A program made the position numbers and the translations under genes. Shown here piece by piece: positions 39,962 to 47,611 of a stretch of DNA of 64,000 nt. Below the pieces are notes generated by a model that made no database searches, was not told the origin of the DNA, and saw only the letters and a program-made list of their open reading frames with translations. Location: positions 5,842 to 69,841 of the forward strand of contig CAXMMT010000050.1 in NCBI GenBank assembly GCA_964194555.1. Reading direction: 5' to 3'. The stretch's first letter is position 1. Every line of letters begins with the position of its first letter. This DNA is from an uncultured Boseongicola sp. (GTDB taxonomy: Bacteria; Actinomycetota; Acidimicrobiia; Spongiisociales; ZC4RG35).

Positions 39962-41423
39962 GTCGAAGCTCAGCGACAGCGAAGTCCGCTCGATAATCGA
40001 TCGTGTGAAGAACCGGGTTGCCGCGGCCGAGTTCGCCGACCGGCCCGGTCCGACGCTACGCGCCAGTGATCAGCTTGCGATTTCGGAGGTTGAACTCGGC
40101 GACGGAATCCACCTCACCATCGACGAGGCTGTGCGATCTGCCCGCCGGGCTTTCGAGGCTTACCGCGATATGGGCCTCGAAGCAAGGAAGACCATTGTCG
40201 AAGCCATGCGCGCAGCCATGCTCAAGGAGGGAGAGCGTCTTGCCTACATGGCGGTGGAGGAGACCGGGATCGGTCGGGCCGAAGACAAAGTCGTGAAGAA
40301 CAGGCTGGTGACAACCAAAACCCCGGGTCCAGAGGACCTCGAGCCTCATGTCGTCACCGGCGATGCCGGAATGGTCGTGACTGAGTACGCGCCATACGGC
40401 GTGATCGGCTCGATTACTCCCACCACGAATCCCACGTCGACCATCATCAACAACTCGATCGCAATGGTGTCCGCGGGCAACGCCGTGGTCTTCAACGTCC
40501 ACCCGAACGCAAGTCTTGTCTCAGTCGAAAACGTAAAACTGCTGAATCGGGCGATCGTTGCGGCCGGGGGACCGGCCGATTTGATCACCGCAACCCCACA
40601 GCCGACTCTCGAATCAGCGCGTGAGGTCATGCATCACCCTGACATCCGGGTTCTCCTTGTCACAGGAGGGCCGGGGGTGGTCAAGGAAGCGCTGAAGACC
40701 ACCAAGAAAGTGATCGCCGCCGGTCCGGGCAATCCGCCCTCGGTCGTGGATCAAACGGCTGACGTGGAGGCCGCGGGACGTAACGTCGTTCGTGGTGCCT
40801 CGTTCGACAACAACGTCATCTGCACCGATGAGAAGACGACCATCGTGGTGGACTCTGTTGCCGATCGACTGGTTCAGTCGATGGTTGCCAACGGGGCCTA
40901 CCGGCTCAAAGAGCACGAACTGAAGCGGCTGGAGCGGGTCATCTTCAAGGAGATGGGGCCACCCAACAAACCAGGAGTGATCAACCAGGCACTCATCGGG
41001 AAGAGCGCGGCCGCGATTCTGTCCGAGATCGGTATCACGGTCGACGATGATGTTCGACTGGTGGTGGCCGAGGTGCGGAGTGAGCACAATCTGGTTTGGA
41101 CCGAGCAGATGATGCCGGTGATGCCCGTTGTCAGGGTGCAAAACGTCGACGACGCCATCGATCTGGCAGTGCGCTCAGAGCATGGCTTTCGTCACACGGC
41201 GTCGATTCACAGCACCAATATCGACACCATCACCCGGATGGCACGAGCCATGAACTGCAGCATGTTCGTGGCCAACGGCCCCAACTTCAGCGGTCTGGGA
41301 GAGGGCGGCGAGGGGTTCACGTCTTTCTCCATTGCCAGTCCGACCGGGGAAGGACTGACCCGACCTCGTCACTTCTCTCGGGCCCGAAGGATCAGCGTCG
41401 TGGGAGCGCTCCGCATTGTCTGA
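39915..41423 (+). CDS. CoA-acylating aldehyde dehydrogenase (PduP/EutE-like) with N-terminal encapsulation-peptide-like helix
   Basis: ALDH fold with catalytic Cys in [11 protein letters not shown]. The N-terminal [16 protein letters not shown] helix is followed by a linker. The start is uncertain (GTG 39915 or GTG 39939) and overlaps the BMC-P1 end. Confidence 0.9.
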   Translation: MAKSGTTRVRRKPLDRSKLSDSEVRSIIDRVKNRVAAAEFADRPGPTLRASDQLAISEVELGDGIHLTIDEAVRSARRAFEAYRDMGLEARKTIVEAMRAAMLKEGERLAYMAVEETGIGRAEDKVVKNRLVTTKTPGPEDLEPHVVTGDAGMVVTEYAPYGVIGSITPTTNPTSTIINNSIAMVSAGNAVVFNVHPNASLVSVENVKLLNRAIVAAGGPADLITATPQPTLESAREVMHHPDIRVLLVTGGPGVVKEALKTTKKVIAAGPGNPPSVVDQTADVEAAGRNVVRGASFDNNVICTDEKTTIVVDSVADRLVQSMVANGAYRLKEHELKRLERVIFKEMGPPNKPGVINQALIGKSAAAILSEIGITVDDDVRLVVAEVRSEHNLVWTEQMMPVMPVVRVQNVDDAIDLAVRSEHGFRHTASIHSTNIDTITRMARAMNCSMFVANGPNFSGLGEGGEGFTSFSIASPTGEGLTRPRHFSRARRISVVGALRIV

Positions 41424-42006
41424 TCCGGCCATCGCCCTGCTCGAGTTCGACTCGATCAGCGCCGGAATCGTGTCCGGCGATGCCATGGTCAAGTCCTCCC
41501 CTCTGGGATCTATCTATGCGGGGACGGTCCATCCAGGGAAGTATCTGGTCCTGGTCAGCGGTGACACCGCAAGTGTCGAGATCGCTCTGTCAACAGGGAC
41601 CGATATCGGTCAGGGTCATATCACCGACTCGGTGTTTCTCCCCGACATACATCCGGACGTGACATCCGCGATTGTTGACGGAGCCAAACGGGCAACCCTC
41701 GGTGAGGGCGCATTGGGGATCGTGGAGACTTCCTCAGTTTCCGCTGTTATCGACGCTGCCGACGCCGGCGTCAAGGCGGCCCATGTGGTCTTGGGGGCGG
41801 TCCGCCTCGCCGACGGTCTGGGTGGCAAGGGATATGTCTTCTTCTCCGGGACGGTTGCCGATGTGGATGCTGCGGTTGAAGCGGCGGTGAGCCGTGTTGA
41901 ACCCCATGGTTTTCTGATTCGCTCCGATGTGATCGCCCAGTTGCATGAGGAGATGGCCGAGAACCTCCGAAGTCAGCTTCGATTTTTGAAGCGAGTCGGG
42001 AGCTGA
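41416..42006 (+). CDS. BMC-T shell protein, tandem BMC domains (PduT-like)
   Basis: Two BMC domains (IALLEFDSISAGIVSGDAMVK..., ALGIVETSSVSAVIDAADAGVKAA...). It aligns by eye to PduT. TTG start overlaps the AldDH stop. Confidence 0.85.
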   Translation: MSDPAIALLEFDSISAGIVSGDAMVKSSPLGSIYAGTVHPGKYLVLVSGDTASVEIALSTGTDIGQGHITDSVFLPDIHPDVTSAIVDGAKRATLGEGALGIVETSSVSAVIDAADAGVKAAHVVLGAVRLADGLGGKGYVFFSGTVADVDAAVEAAVSRVEPHGFLIRSDVIAQLHEEMAENLRSQLRFLKRVGS

Positions 42007-42007
42007 C

Positions 42008-42286
42008 ATGCAGTTGGCTCGCGTCCTCGGAAGTGTCGTTGCGACCGAGAAAGTGGAAGGTCTCGAAGGCGTCCGCTTCCTGGTCATACAACCCTTGGAT
42101 AAGACCCTGGAACCGTCCGGTGGAACGGTCGTGGCCGCCGACGCTGTCGAAATGGCCGGGCCGGGGGAGTTGGTCTATTTCGTCAGCTCACGAGAGGCGG
42201 CCGAGGCGTTGCCGGAGCGGTTCGTCCCCGTGGATCACGCCATTGTCGGGATTGTCGACGATGTGCACCTCGGAGCAGACGCGTGA
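42008..42286 (+). CDS. BMC-P pentameric vertex protein (EutN/CcmL family), paralogue 2
   Basis: MQLARVLGSVVATEK...VAADAVEMAGPGELVYFVSSREA...AIVGIVDDV. Confidence 0.9.
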   Translation: MQLARVLGSVVATEKVEGLEGVRFLVIQPLDKTLEPSGGTVVAADAVEMAGPGELVYFVSSREAAEALPERFVPVDHAIVGIVDDVHLGADA

Positions 42287-42570
42287 AGGTGGGCCGGGTT
42301 GTCGGAACTGTTGTGTCCACCGTCAACATCCCGCTCCTCGATGGTCATCGATTGCTGGTCTGCGACATTCAAGACGTCTCTGGCGAGGCATCCGGCTACA
42401 CGATCGCCATCGACGTGGTCGATGCCGGGGTGGGTGAGACAGTGCTCATCCTGGACGAGGGCACTTCTGCACGCCAGATCCTTGGCCTCGATTGGGGGGC
42501 GATCCGTGCCGTGGTCGTTGGTGTTGTCGACGAGTTGATGGTTGACGGCGAGCTTCGCGAAGTGAGCTAA
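42283..42570 (+). CDS. BMC-P pentameric vertex protein (EutN/CcmL family), paralogue 3
   Basis: MKVGRVVGTVVSTV...AIDVVDAGVGETVLILDEGTSARQ...AVVVGVVDEL. Its start overlaps the stop of paralogue 2. Confidence 0.9.
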   Translation: MKVGRVVGTVVSTVNIPLLDGHRLLVCDIQDVSGEASGYTIAIDVVDAGVGETVLILDEGTSARQILGLDWGAIRAVVVGVVDELMVDGELREVS

Positions 42571-42581
42571 TGCTCGTGGCA

Positions 42582-43130
42582 CTAGTCCTTGGGTGGGGTG
42601 TCCCAGTCTTGGACGTCGCTCCCTTTCTCGCGGGCCAGGATGTCGAGGGCGGCGACGGCGCCCGCCCCCGCGGAGATGATGGCCTGACTCCGCGACGGTC
42701 TGACCGAGCGGCCGACCACGTAGGCCTTGTCGATTGACGACCGGTTGTCACGGTCTACGTCGATGGCACCGGTCTTGTCCACATCGACGCCAAGGGACAG
42801 GGCCAACTCCGGGTTCTTGCCCTCGGTGAGGATCAGATAGTCGGCGACGTGCTCTCCGCTGTCGGTCTTCACGTTGAAATCTTCTCCCGCGGCGACCGAA
42901 CGCACCTCTTCATCGAGGAGAGACGCCCCTACCGCCAAAACCTGGCCTCGTGCCACCTGCTGGAACTCGGTCCCTGCGATCTCCGGCAGTCCCAGGTAGT
43001 TGTAGAGATGTGCATAGTTCATGGCCGTCTTGTCGGTTCCGAACACGATCACGTCCTGGTAGTTCTTCGCCAGGAACAGCGCGGCAGACAGCCCGCCCGG
43101 TCCATCTCCAACGATGATCACTCTCGCCAA
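42582..43130 (-). CDS. short FAD-binding oxidoreductase (thioredoxin-reductase-like FAD domain without the NADPH domain)
   Basis: N-terminal GxGxxG motif (VIIVGDGPGGLSAALFLA) and a C-terminal TrxR-like segment (..AYVVGRS...QAIISAGAGAVAALDI). At only 182 aa it has no CxxC and no second dinucleotide fold. Confidence 0.7.
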   Translation of the reverse strand: MARVIIVGDGPGGLSAALFLAKNYQDVIVFGTDKTAMNYAHLYNYLGLPEIAGTEFQQVARGQVLAVGASLLDEEVRSVAAGEDFNVKTDSGEHVADYLILTEGKNPELALSLGVDVDKTGAIDVDRDNRSSIDKAYVVGRSVRPSRSQAIISAGAGAVAALDILAREKGSDVQDWDTPPKD

Positions 43131-43180
43131 AAGGGTCCTCCTCTGGATGTTCTGTTGTCAACACTCACGAGCCTGTTGGT

Positions 43181-44086
43181 ATGCCGGCGGCATCCAGCCA
43201 GGATGGGTGTGTGGAGACCAGGTCTGTTCCGATCAAGGGTCCTCTCGATCTCAGGGGAACTCTGCAGCCGCTGCATGGGAGGTTCGCCGACGATGGTTGG
43301 TGGCTGTCTGCCCGGACTCCGGAAGGGTCTGGATCGCTGCGGATCAGACGGACACGTCAGGAGATGATCGGGGAGGCCTGGGGAGAAGGTTCCGGTTGGC
43401 TGCTGGACAGACTCGGGGCGATCTCTGGGCTCGACGATGATCCATCCGGGTTTGAGACCGACGACCCGGTTGTCTCTGATCTCCACCGTCGTCATTCAGG
43501 TGAGAGGTTCGGACGGACCGATCTGGTATTTGATTCGCTCGTTGTCGCAATCTGTGGCCAGAAAGTGACAGGTGGCGAGGCCGCAGCAGCTATGCGTGGC
43601 TTGCACCGGAAGTTCTCCGAGTCTGCACCCGGCCCCAATGAGCGATTGAGACTGCCCCCCGACCCGGAGCGGATGGCCGAGGCGCCCTATTGGGTGTACC
43701 ACGAGCTCCATCTGGAGAAACGCCGTGCCGACGTCCTGAGGCAAGTGGCTGCCAACCACGAGAAGATCGAAGCTCTGCCCGGGGTTGATCCCGTGGATGC
43801 CGCCAGGTTGCTCGAATCCTTCGACGGCGTTGGGGAGTGGAGCGTGGCCAAGACCCTCGAAGTGTCTCATGGTGACTCCGACCAGGTGGCGGTCGGGGAC
43901 TTCCACTTCAAGCACATCGTCGTGTATCACTTGACCGGTCGGGATCGGGGCACAGACGATGAGATGTTGGAGCTTCTGGAGCCGTTTCGGCCAAATCGAG
44001 GGCGTGTGATCAGACTCCTTCATCATCTCGGTCACGAGCCCAAATTCGGCCCACGGATGAGCCGCCGTGACATCACCGGGATGTAG
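43181..44086 (+). CDS. DNA-3-methyladenine glycosylase II family (AlkA-like, HhH-GPD) protein
   Basis: HhH-GPD pattern ..LESFDGVGEWSVAKTLEVSHGDSDQVAVGDFHF.. with an N-terminal AlkA-like domain. Confidence 0.75.
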   Translation: MPAASSQDGCVETRSVPIKGPLDLRGTLQPLHGRFADDGWWLSARTPEGSGSLRIRRTRQEMIGEAWGEGSGWLLDRLGAISGLDDDPSGFETDDPVVSDLHRRHSGERFGRTDLVFDSLVVAICGQKVTGGEAAAAMRGLHRKFSESAPGPNERLRLPPDPERMAEAPYWVYHELHLEKRRADVLRQVAANHEKIEALPGVDPVDAARLLESFDGVGEWSVAKTLEVSHGDSDQVAVGDFHFKHIVVYHLTGRDRGTDDEMLELLEPFRPNRGRVIRLLHHLGHEPKFGPRMSRRDITGM

Positions 44087-44453
44087 ATGTCTCCTCGACC
44101 TCCTCCATCCCTGGCGCCGCGATGAGCGAGAGAAGCATCAGCATCGAGAGCGGGAGCACAACCAGTGTCACTGAGTGCGGCAGCACTGAGCCGACGATCA
44201 TCAGCGCAACAGCGATGGCACGCCAACCCCGGGTACGAAACCGGGCAGGGCCGTCGAAGCTGAGCAGGAACAGTGCCCCACCTGCGAAAGAGAGGACACC
44301 GAAAGCGATAACCGATGCGAGGGTTCACTCAGGGTCGTAGGTCCTCTCCTCGACGATGGCAAGGAATGTGTTGTTGCCAATGATCCACAGCCCGAGCAGC
44401 GTTATCAGCAGCCCGACGAACCGGGCGAAAGTCCGACCCATCCACCGGAACAT
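44073..44453 (-). pseudogene. 3-TM small membrane protein ORF interrupted by one in-frame TGA (44325..44327)
   Basis: Hand translation gives MFRWMGRTFARFVGLLITLLGLWIIGNNTFLAIVEERTYDPE*TLASVIAFGVLSFAGGALFLLSF...LVVLPLSMLMLLSLIAAPGMEEVEETSTSR*. The hydrophobic periodicity continues across the stop, and no start codon follows it for 42 codons. Confidence 0.3.
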
Positions 44454-44462
44454 CTTGTGAGC

Positions 44463-45380
44463 CTATCTTTCCAGCCACACGACGATCAGGTCGCCAACCC
44501 AGTCCGGGTCCCTCATGTTGTTGTGAAGGGCACCCTCGACTTCTTCCAACAACGACTCCGATCCAGAGTCGGCGAGTGCCAGGTGAAAGTCGGTGGCGAA
44601 CCGGCTGTCGACGATCCCATCGCTACCGCCGTACATGATCAGACTGACGAGAAGGGTGTTTTCATCGGTGAGTCCTTGTGGGTTGCCGGCGAGCCAGACA
44701 TCGGGCTCGGCGCTGGGCCCGGCACCGAAGAACGGCAGCATGATGATGCCGAGACGGTTGACATCGTATGGACCGGCCAGCCCTACGAATCTGTCAGGTA
44801 GCCCTGTGCCCGGCACCGGGCAGTCCCCGGCGTATTCATTACCGGTGAGCGCCACAATCGCTGATATGTGGCCACCGGCCGAGTGCCCGATCAACGCCAC
44901 TGTCCCGTCCGAATCCGGATGAGCTGCGGCATATCTGACTGCACAGGCCACATCATCGACAGCCTGAGGGAACCCGGGGCTCTCGTTGGAGAGCTTGTAT
45001 GGGGTGTTCACCGTCAAGAACCCTTCATCGGTCAAGAAGGCCGCCAGCGAGTGCATGATCGAGACGTCTCCACCGATCCAGCCGCCACCGTGGACCAGTA
45101 CCACCGCAGGGAACGGTCCTTCTCCGTTCGGGATCTTCACGTCGGCCCCGATGTCGGGCAGTTCCGGGCGTGTTGTCGTTGTCGGTGGCAACGTGGTTGT
45201 TGTCGTGGGCGGCAGTGTTGTCGTTGTCGTCGAGGACGTGCTGGTGGTCGACTCAGAAGTGGAAGACGACACCGCTAGCTCAGTGGTTGTGACGACTTCC
45301 CCGCTCCCGGGCGAGCACGCCGCCAGGATGATGGCCGTTGCTAAGAAAGAAGCGAAGCGGCTGCCGCGTCTACGTGCCAT
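44463..45380 (-). CDS. secreted alpha/beta hydrolase (esterase/lipase-like) lipoprotein
   Basis: Lipobox (ILAAC), a Thr/Pro-rich linker, oxyanion HGGGW and the nucleophile elbow GHSAGG. Confidence 0.8.
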   Translation of the reverse strand: MARRRGSRFASFLATAIILAACSPGSGEVVTTTELAVSSSTSESTTSTSSTTTTTLPPTTTTTLPPTTTTRPELPDIGADVKIPNGEGPFPAVVLVHGGGWIGGDVSIMHSLAAFLTDEGFLTVNTPYKLSNESPGFPQAVDDVACAVRYAAAHPDSDGTVALIGHSAGGHISAIVALTGNEYAGDCPVPGTGLPDRFVGLAGPYDVNRLGIIMLPFFGAGPSAEPDVWLAGNPQGLTDENTLLVSLIMYGGSDGIVDSRFATDFHLALADSGSESLLEEVEGALHNNMRDPDWVGDLIVVWLER

Positions 45381-46018
45381 TCAACCTTTGCCTGACCTTC
45401 GCCGAGTCTACCCGCGGGTGTTTCCCCGGCTAGGGAGTCCCTGAGAGCGCCTGATTTTTTCTCGCCAACCACCAGGACCATCAGAAGCTGGGCCCTCCAC
45501 AGCATCGGATAAGTAGCTGTGATTCGCGTCTCCTGTTGCTGTGGAACGTGCTGGGCAACGAACCACCGGCTCTCCTCGTCGAGTGCAGGAGTGCCGGGGA
45601 AAAGCGATGCGGTGTGACCGTCGTCACCCAATCCGAGAAGTATGAGATCCGGCCTGCCGTTGTGGAGGAGTGCCTTGATCGTGGACTCATAGAGGGTGGC
45701 GGAGTCGTTCGGCTCGATCAGCTCACTCCATACCGGTCGATGAAATCTGGCTTCAACGTGGTCCATCAACGTTTCGGCCGCCATCCGCCCGTTACACCTT
45801 TCGTGGTCGTGTGGAACCCAACGCTCGTCCGATAGCCAGGCGTCTACGCGACTCCAATCGATGTTCTGATCACGAAGGGCCGCATAGGTGGTCCCGGGTG
45901 TCGAACCACCGGCCAACCCGAGCGTAAAGCCTTCTTTTGCATCTTGAATCTCGCTCGCGACGCGCTGCGCCGCGGCCACGGCTGTCGCCTGAGCTGTCTC
46001 GTGAACCACCAACTTCAT
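45341..46018 (-). CDS. pgl: 6-phosphogluconolactonase
   Basis: ..LGLAGGSTP.., ..SDERWVP.., ..LLGLGDDGHTASLFPG.. ATG 46018 was chosen because the longer ORF enters repeat copy B. Confidence 0.85.
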   Translation of the reverse strand: MKLVVHETAQATAVAAAQRVASEIQDAKEGFTLGLAGGSTPGTTYAALRDQNIDWSRVDAWLSDERWVPHDHERCNGRMAAETLMDHVEARFHRPVWSELIEPNDSATLYESTIKALLHNGRPDLILLGLGDDGHTASLFPGTPALDEESRWFVAQHVPQQQETRITATYPMLWRAQLLMVLVVGEKKSGALRDSLAGETPAGRLGEGQAKVEWHVDAAAASLLS

Positions 46019-46049
46019 CGCACGGACGGTACCTGCCTGCTCTAATGCT

Positions 46050-46208
46050 CTGTCGCCCAAATAGCTACGCGGTCTCACCGGCCCTCGACGCCCCCGGCGG
46101 CGTCCTCCGCCTTGACGCAGCTAAGGCCGCGCCTTCGTTGTGCGTCCTTGCCAGATGACGCCGATGACTCGGTGACACCGCGGCATCAATTGAGCGACAG
46201 ACCACTAG
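46050..46208 (+). repeat. structured intergenic repeat, copy B
   Basis: Differs from copy C at only 4 positions over ~155 nt. The 5' terminal arm is replaced, and the 3' end ...gcgacagaccactag is intact. Confidence 0.85.
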
Positions 46209-46217
46209 ATTTGAGTC

Positions 46218-46880
46218 ATGGCCGACTCAGTCACCATCACCTGGACCGGTGGAGAGGTGTCCGGGCGTCTCACCGGTGACGGACCCAACGGGATACTTCT
46301 CGCGCATGGAGCAGGGGTAGACCAGGACCATCCGTTCATGGTCCTGCTCCGCGATGGCCTTGCGGGCGAAGCCCACACCGTGATGACCTTCAACTACCCC
46401 TACGCCGAGCGCGGATCGAGAAGCCCCGATCGCGCCGAGAAACTGATCGCGTGTCATCGAGGGGCAGCGGAATTCCTGCGTTCCCGGGTTGAAACCCTTT
46501 TTCTTGCTGGAAGGTCGATGGGTGGACGAATCGCGACGATGCTGGTGGCCGAGGGGGGCGAGGCCGCCGGAATAGCCCTTTACGCCTACCCGCTGCATCC
46601 GTCCGGCAAGCCGGAAAAGCTCCGCATCGACCATTTGCCGAATGTCACCGTGCCGCTCCTCTTCTTCCTCGGAACCAGGGATGCGTTGTCGCGAATGGAG
46701 CTGTTCAACCAGCACATCCGTCCGCTGCCGAATGCCGAGGTCGAGGTTCTAGAAAATGCAGGTCACTCTCCGAAGGGAGGTGGTTGGACGTTTGAGTCCA
46801 CGGTCGAGCGGCTCGTCGATGGGACCTCGGAATGGATTACCCGGATCTCGTCTGGCAGTAGCAACCCGGAGAGACCATAA
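46218..46880 (+). CDS. alpha/beta hydrolase family protein (dienelactone-hydrolase/KANL3-like)
   Basis: 220-aa protein with a nucleophile elbow (GRSMGG) and an ..HGAG.. N-terminal loop. Confidence 0.7.
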   Translation: MADSVTITWTGGEVSGRLTGDGPNGILLAHGAGVDQDHPFMVLLRDGLAGEAHTVMTFNYPYAERGSRSPDRAEKLIACHRGAAEFLRSRVETLFLAGRSMGGRIATMLVAEGGEAAGIALYAYPLHPSGKPEKLRIDHLPNVTVPLLFFLGTRDALSRMELFNQHIRPLPNAEVEVLENAGHSPKGGGWTFESTVERLVDGTSEWITRISSGSSNPERP

Positions 46881-46917
46881 TTGGGTCTGCCTCTTCACTT
46901 CTCCAAGGAGTCTCTTG

Positions 46918-47607
46918 ATGTCTGAAATCAGCCTGCGCGCTTTGCCCGGCCGGTCGCCCGGCTCGCGTGAGTCTCGCCGGATTCGCCGCGAGGGTTTGGT
47001 GCCTGCCGTTGTCTACGGCAAGGGTGTTGATACTGTGCCTCTCTCTGTTGATGCTCATGCCCTCGGGGTGGCCCTTCATACCGAGGCCGGCTCGAATGCC
47101 ATCATCAGTCTCGAGATCGAGGGCGGTGACACATTGACCACGATGGCTCGGATCATCGAGCGTCACCCTTTTCGAGACGAGTATCGACACGTCGATTTCG
47201 TTACGGTCGACCTCAGCCAGAAGGTCACCGCCGAAGTGACAATCCAGTTCGAAGGCACTCCGGCAGGTGTGATCGAAGGCGGTGTGTTCAGCCCGCGGAG
47301 GACCTCTGTTCAGATCGAAGTGCTGCCTACGGAAATCCCCTCGTTCATCGAGCTCGACGTTTCCGAAGTCGAGGTAGGTGCCTCACTTCGTGTGGAGGAT
47401 CTTCCGGCACTCGAGGGCATCGTCTATCTCGAGGATCCTGATGCCGTGATCATGTCTGTGACCGTTCCCGCGGCCGAGATCGTCGTAGAGCCAGAATTCG
47501 ACGAGGAAGAAGAGTTGGCGGAGGGCGAGGAGCTTGCCGAGGGTGAGGCTGAAGAGGGCGCTGAGGCTGAGGCCGAAGACGAAGAAAAGGCCGAAGCAAC
47601 CAAGTAA
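46918..47607 (+). CDS. rplY: 50S ribosomal protein L25 / general stress protein Ctc
   Basis: ..RRIRREGLVPAVVYG.. N-terminus and an acidic C-terminal tail. RBS aaggag precedes ATG 46918. Confidence 0.9.
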   Translation: MSEISLRALPGRSPGSRESRRIRREGLVPAVVYGKGVDTVPLSVDAHALGVALHTEAGSNAIISLEIEGGDTLTTMARIIERHPFRDEYRHVDFVTVDLSQKVTAEVTIQFEGTPAGVIEGGVFSPRRTSVQIEVLPTEIPSFIELDVSEVEVGASLRVEDLPALEGIVYLEDPDAVIMSVTVPAAEIVVEPEFDEEEELAEGEELAEGEAEEGAEAEAEDEEKAEATK

Positions 47608-47611
47608 ACCG

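Noticed and set aside
44325-44327. In-frame TGA interpreted as selenocysteine
   Set aside because: No SECIS-like hairpin is evident immediately downstream, and a membrane loop is an unlikely context. It is kept only as a pseudogene or readthrough question.
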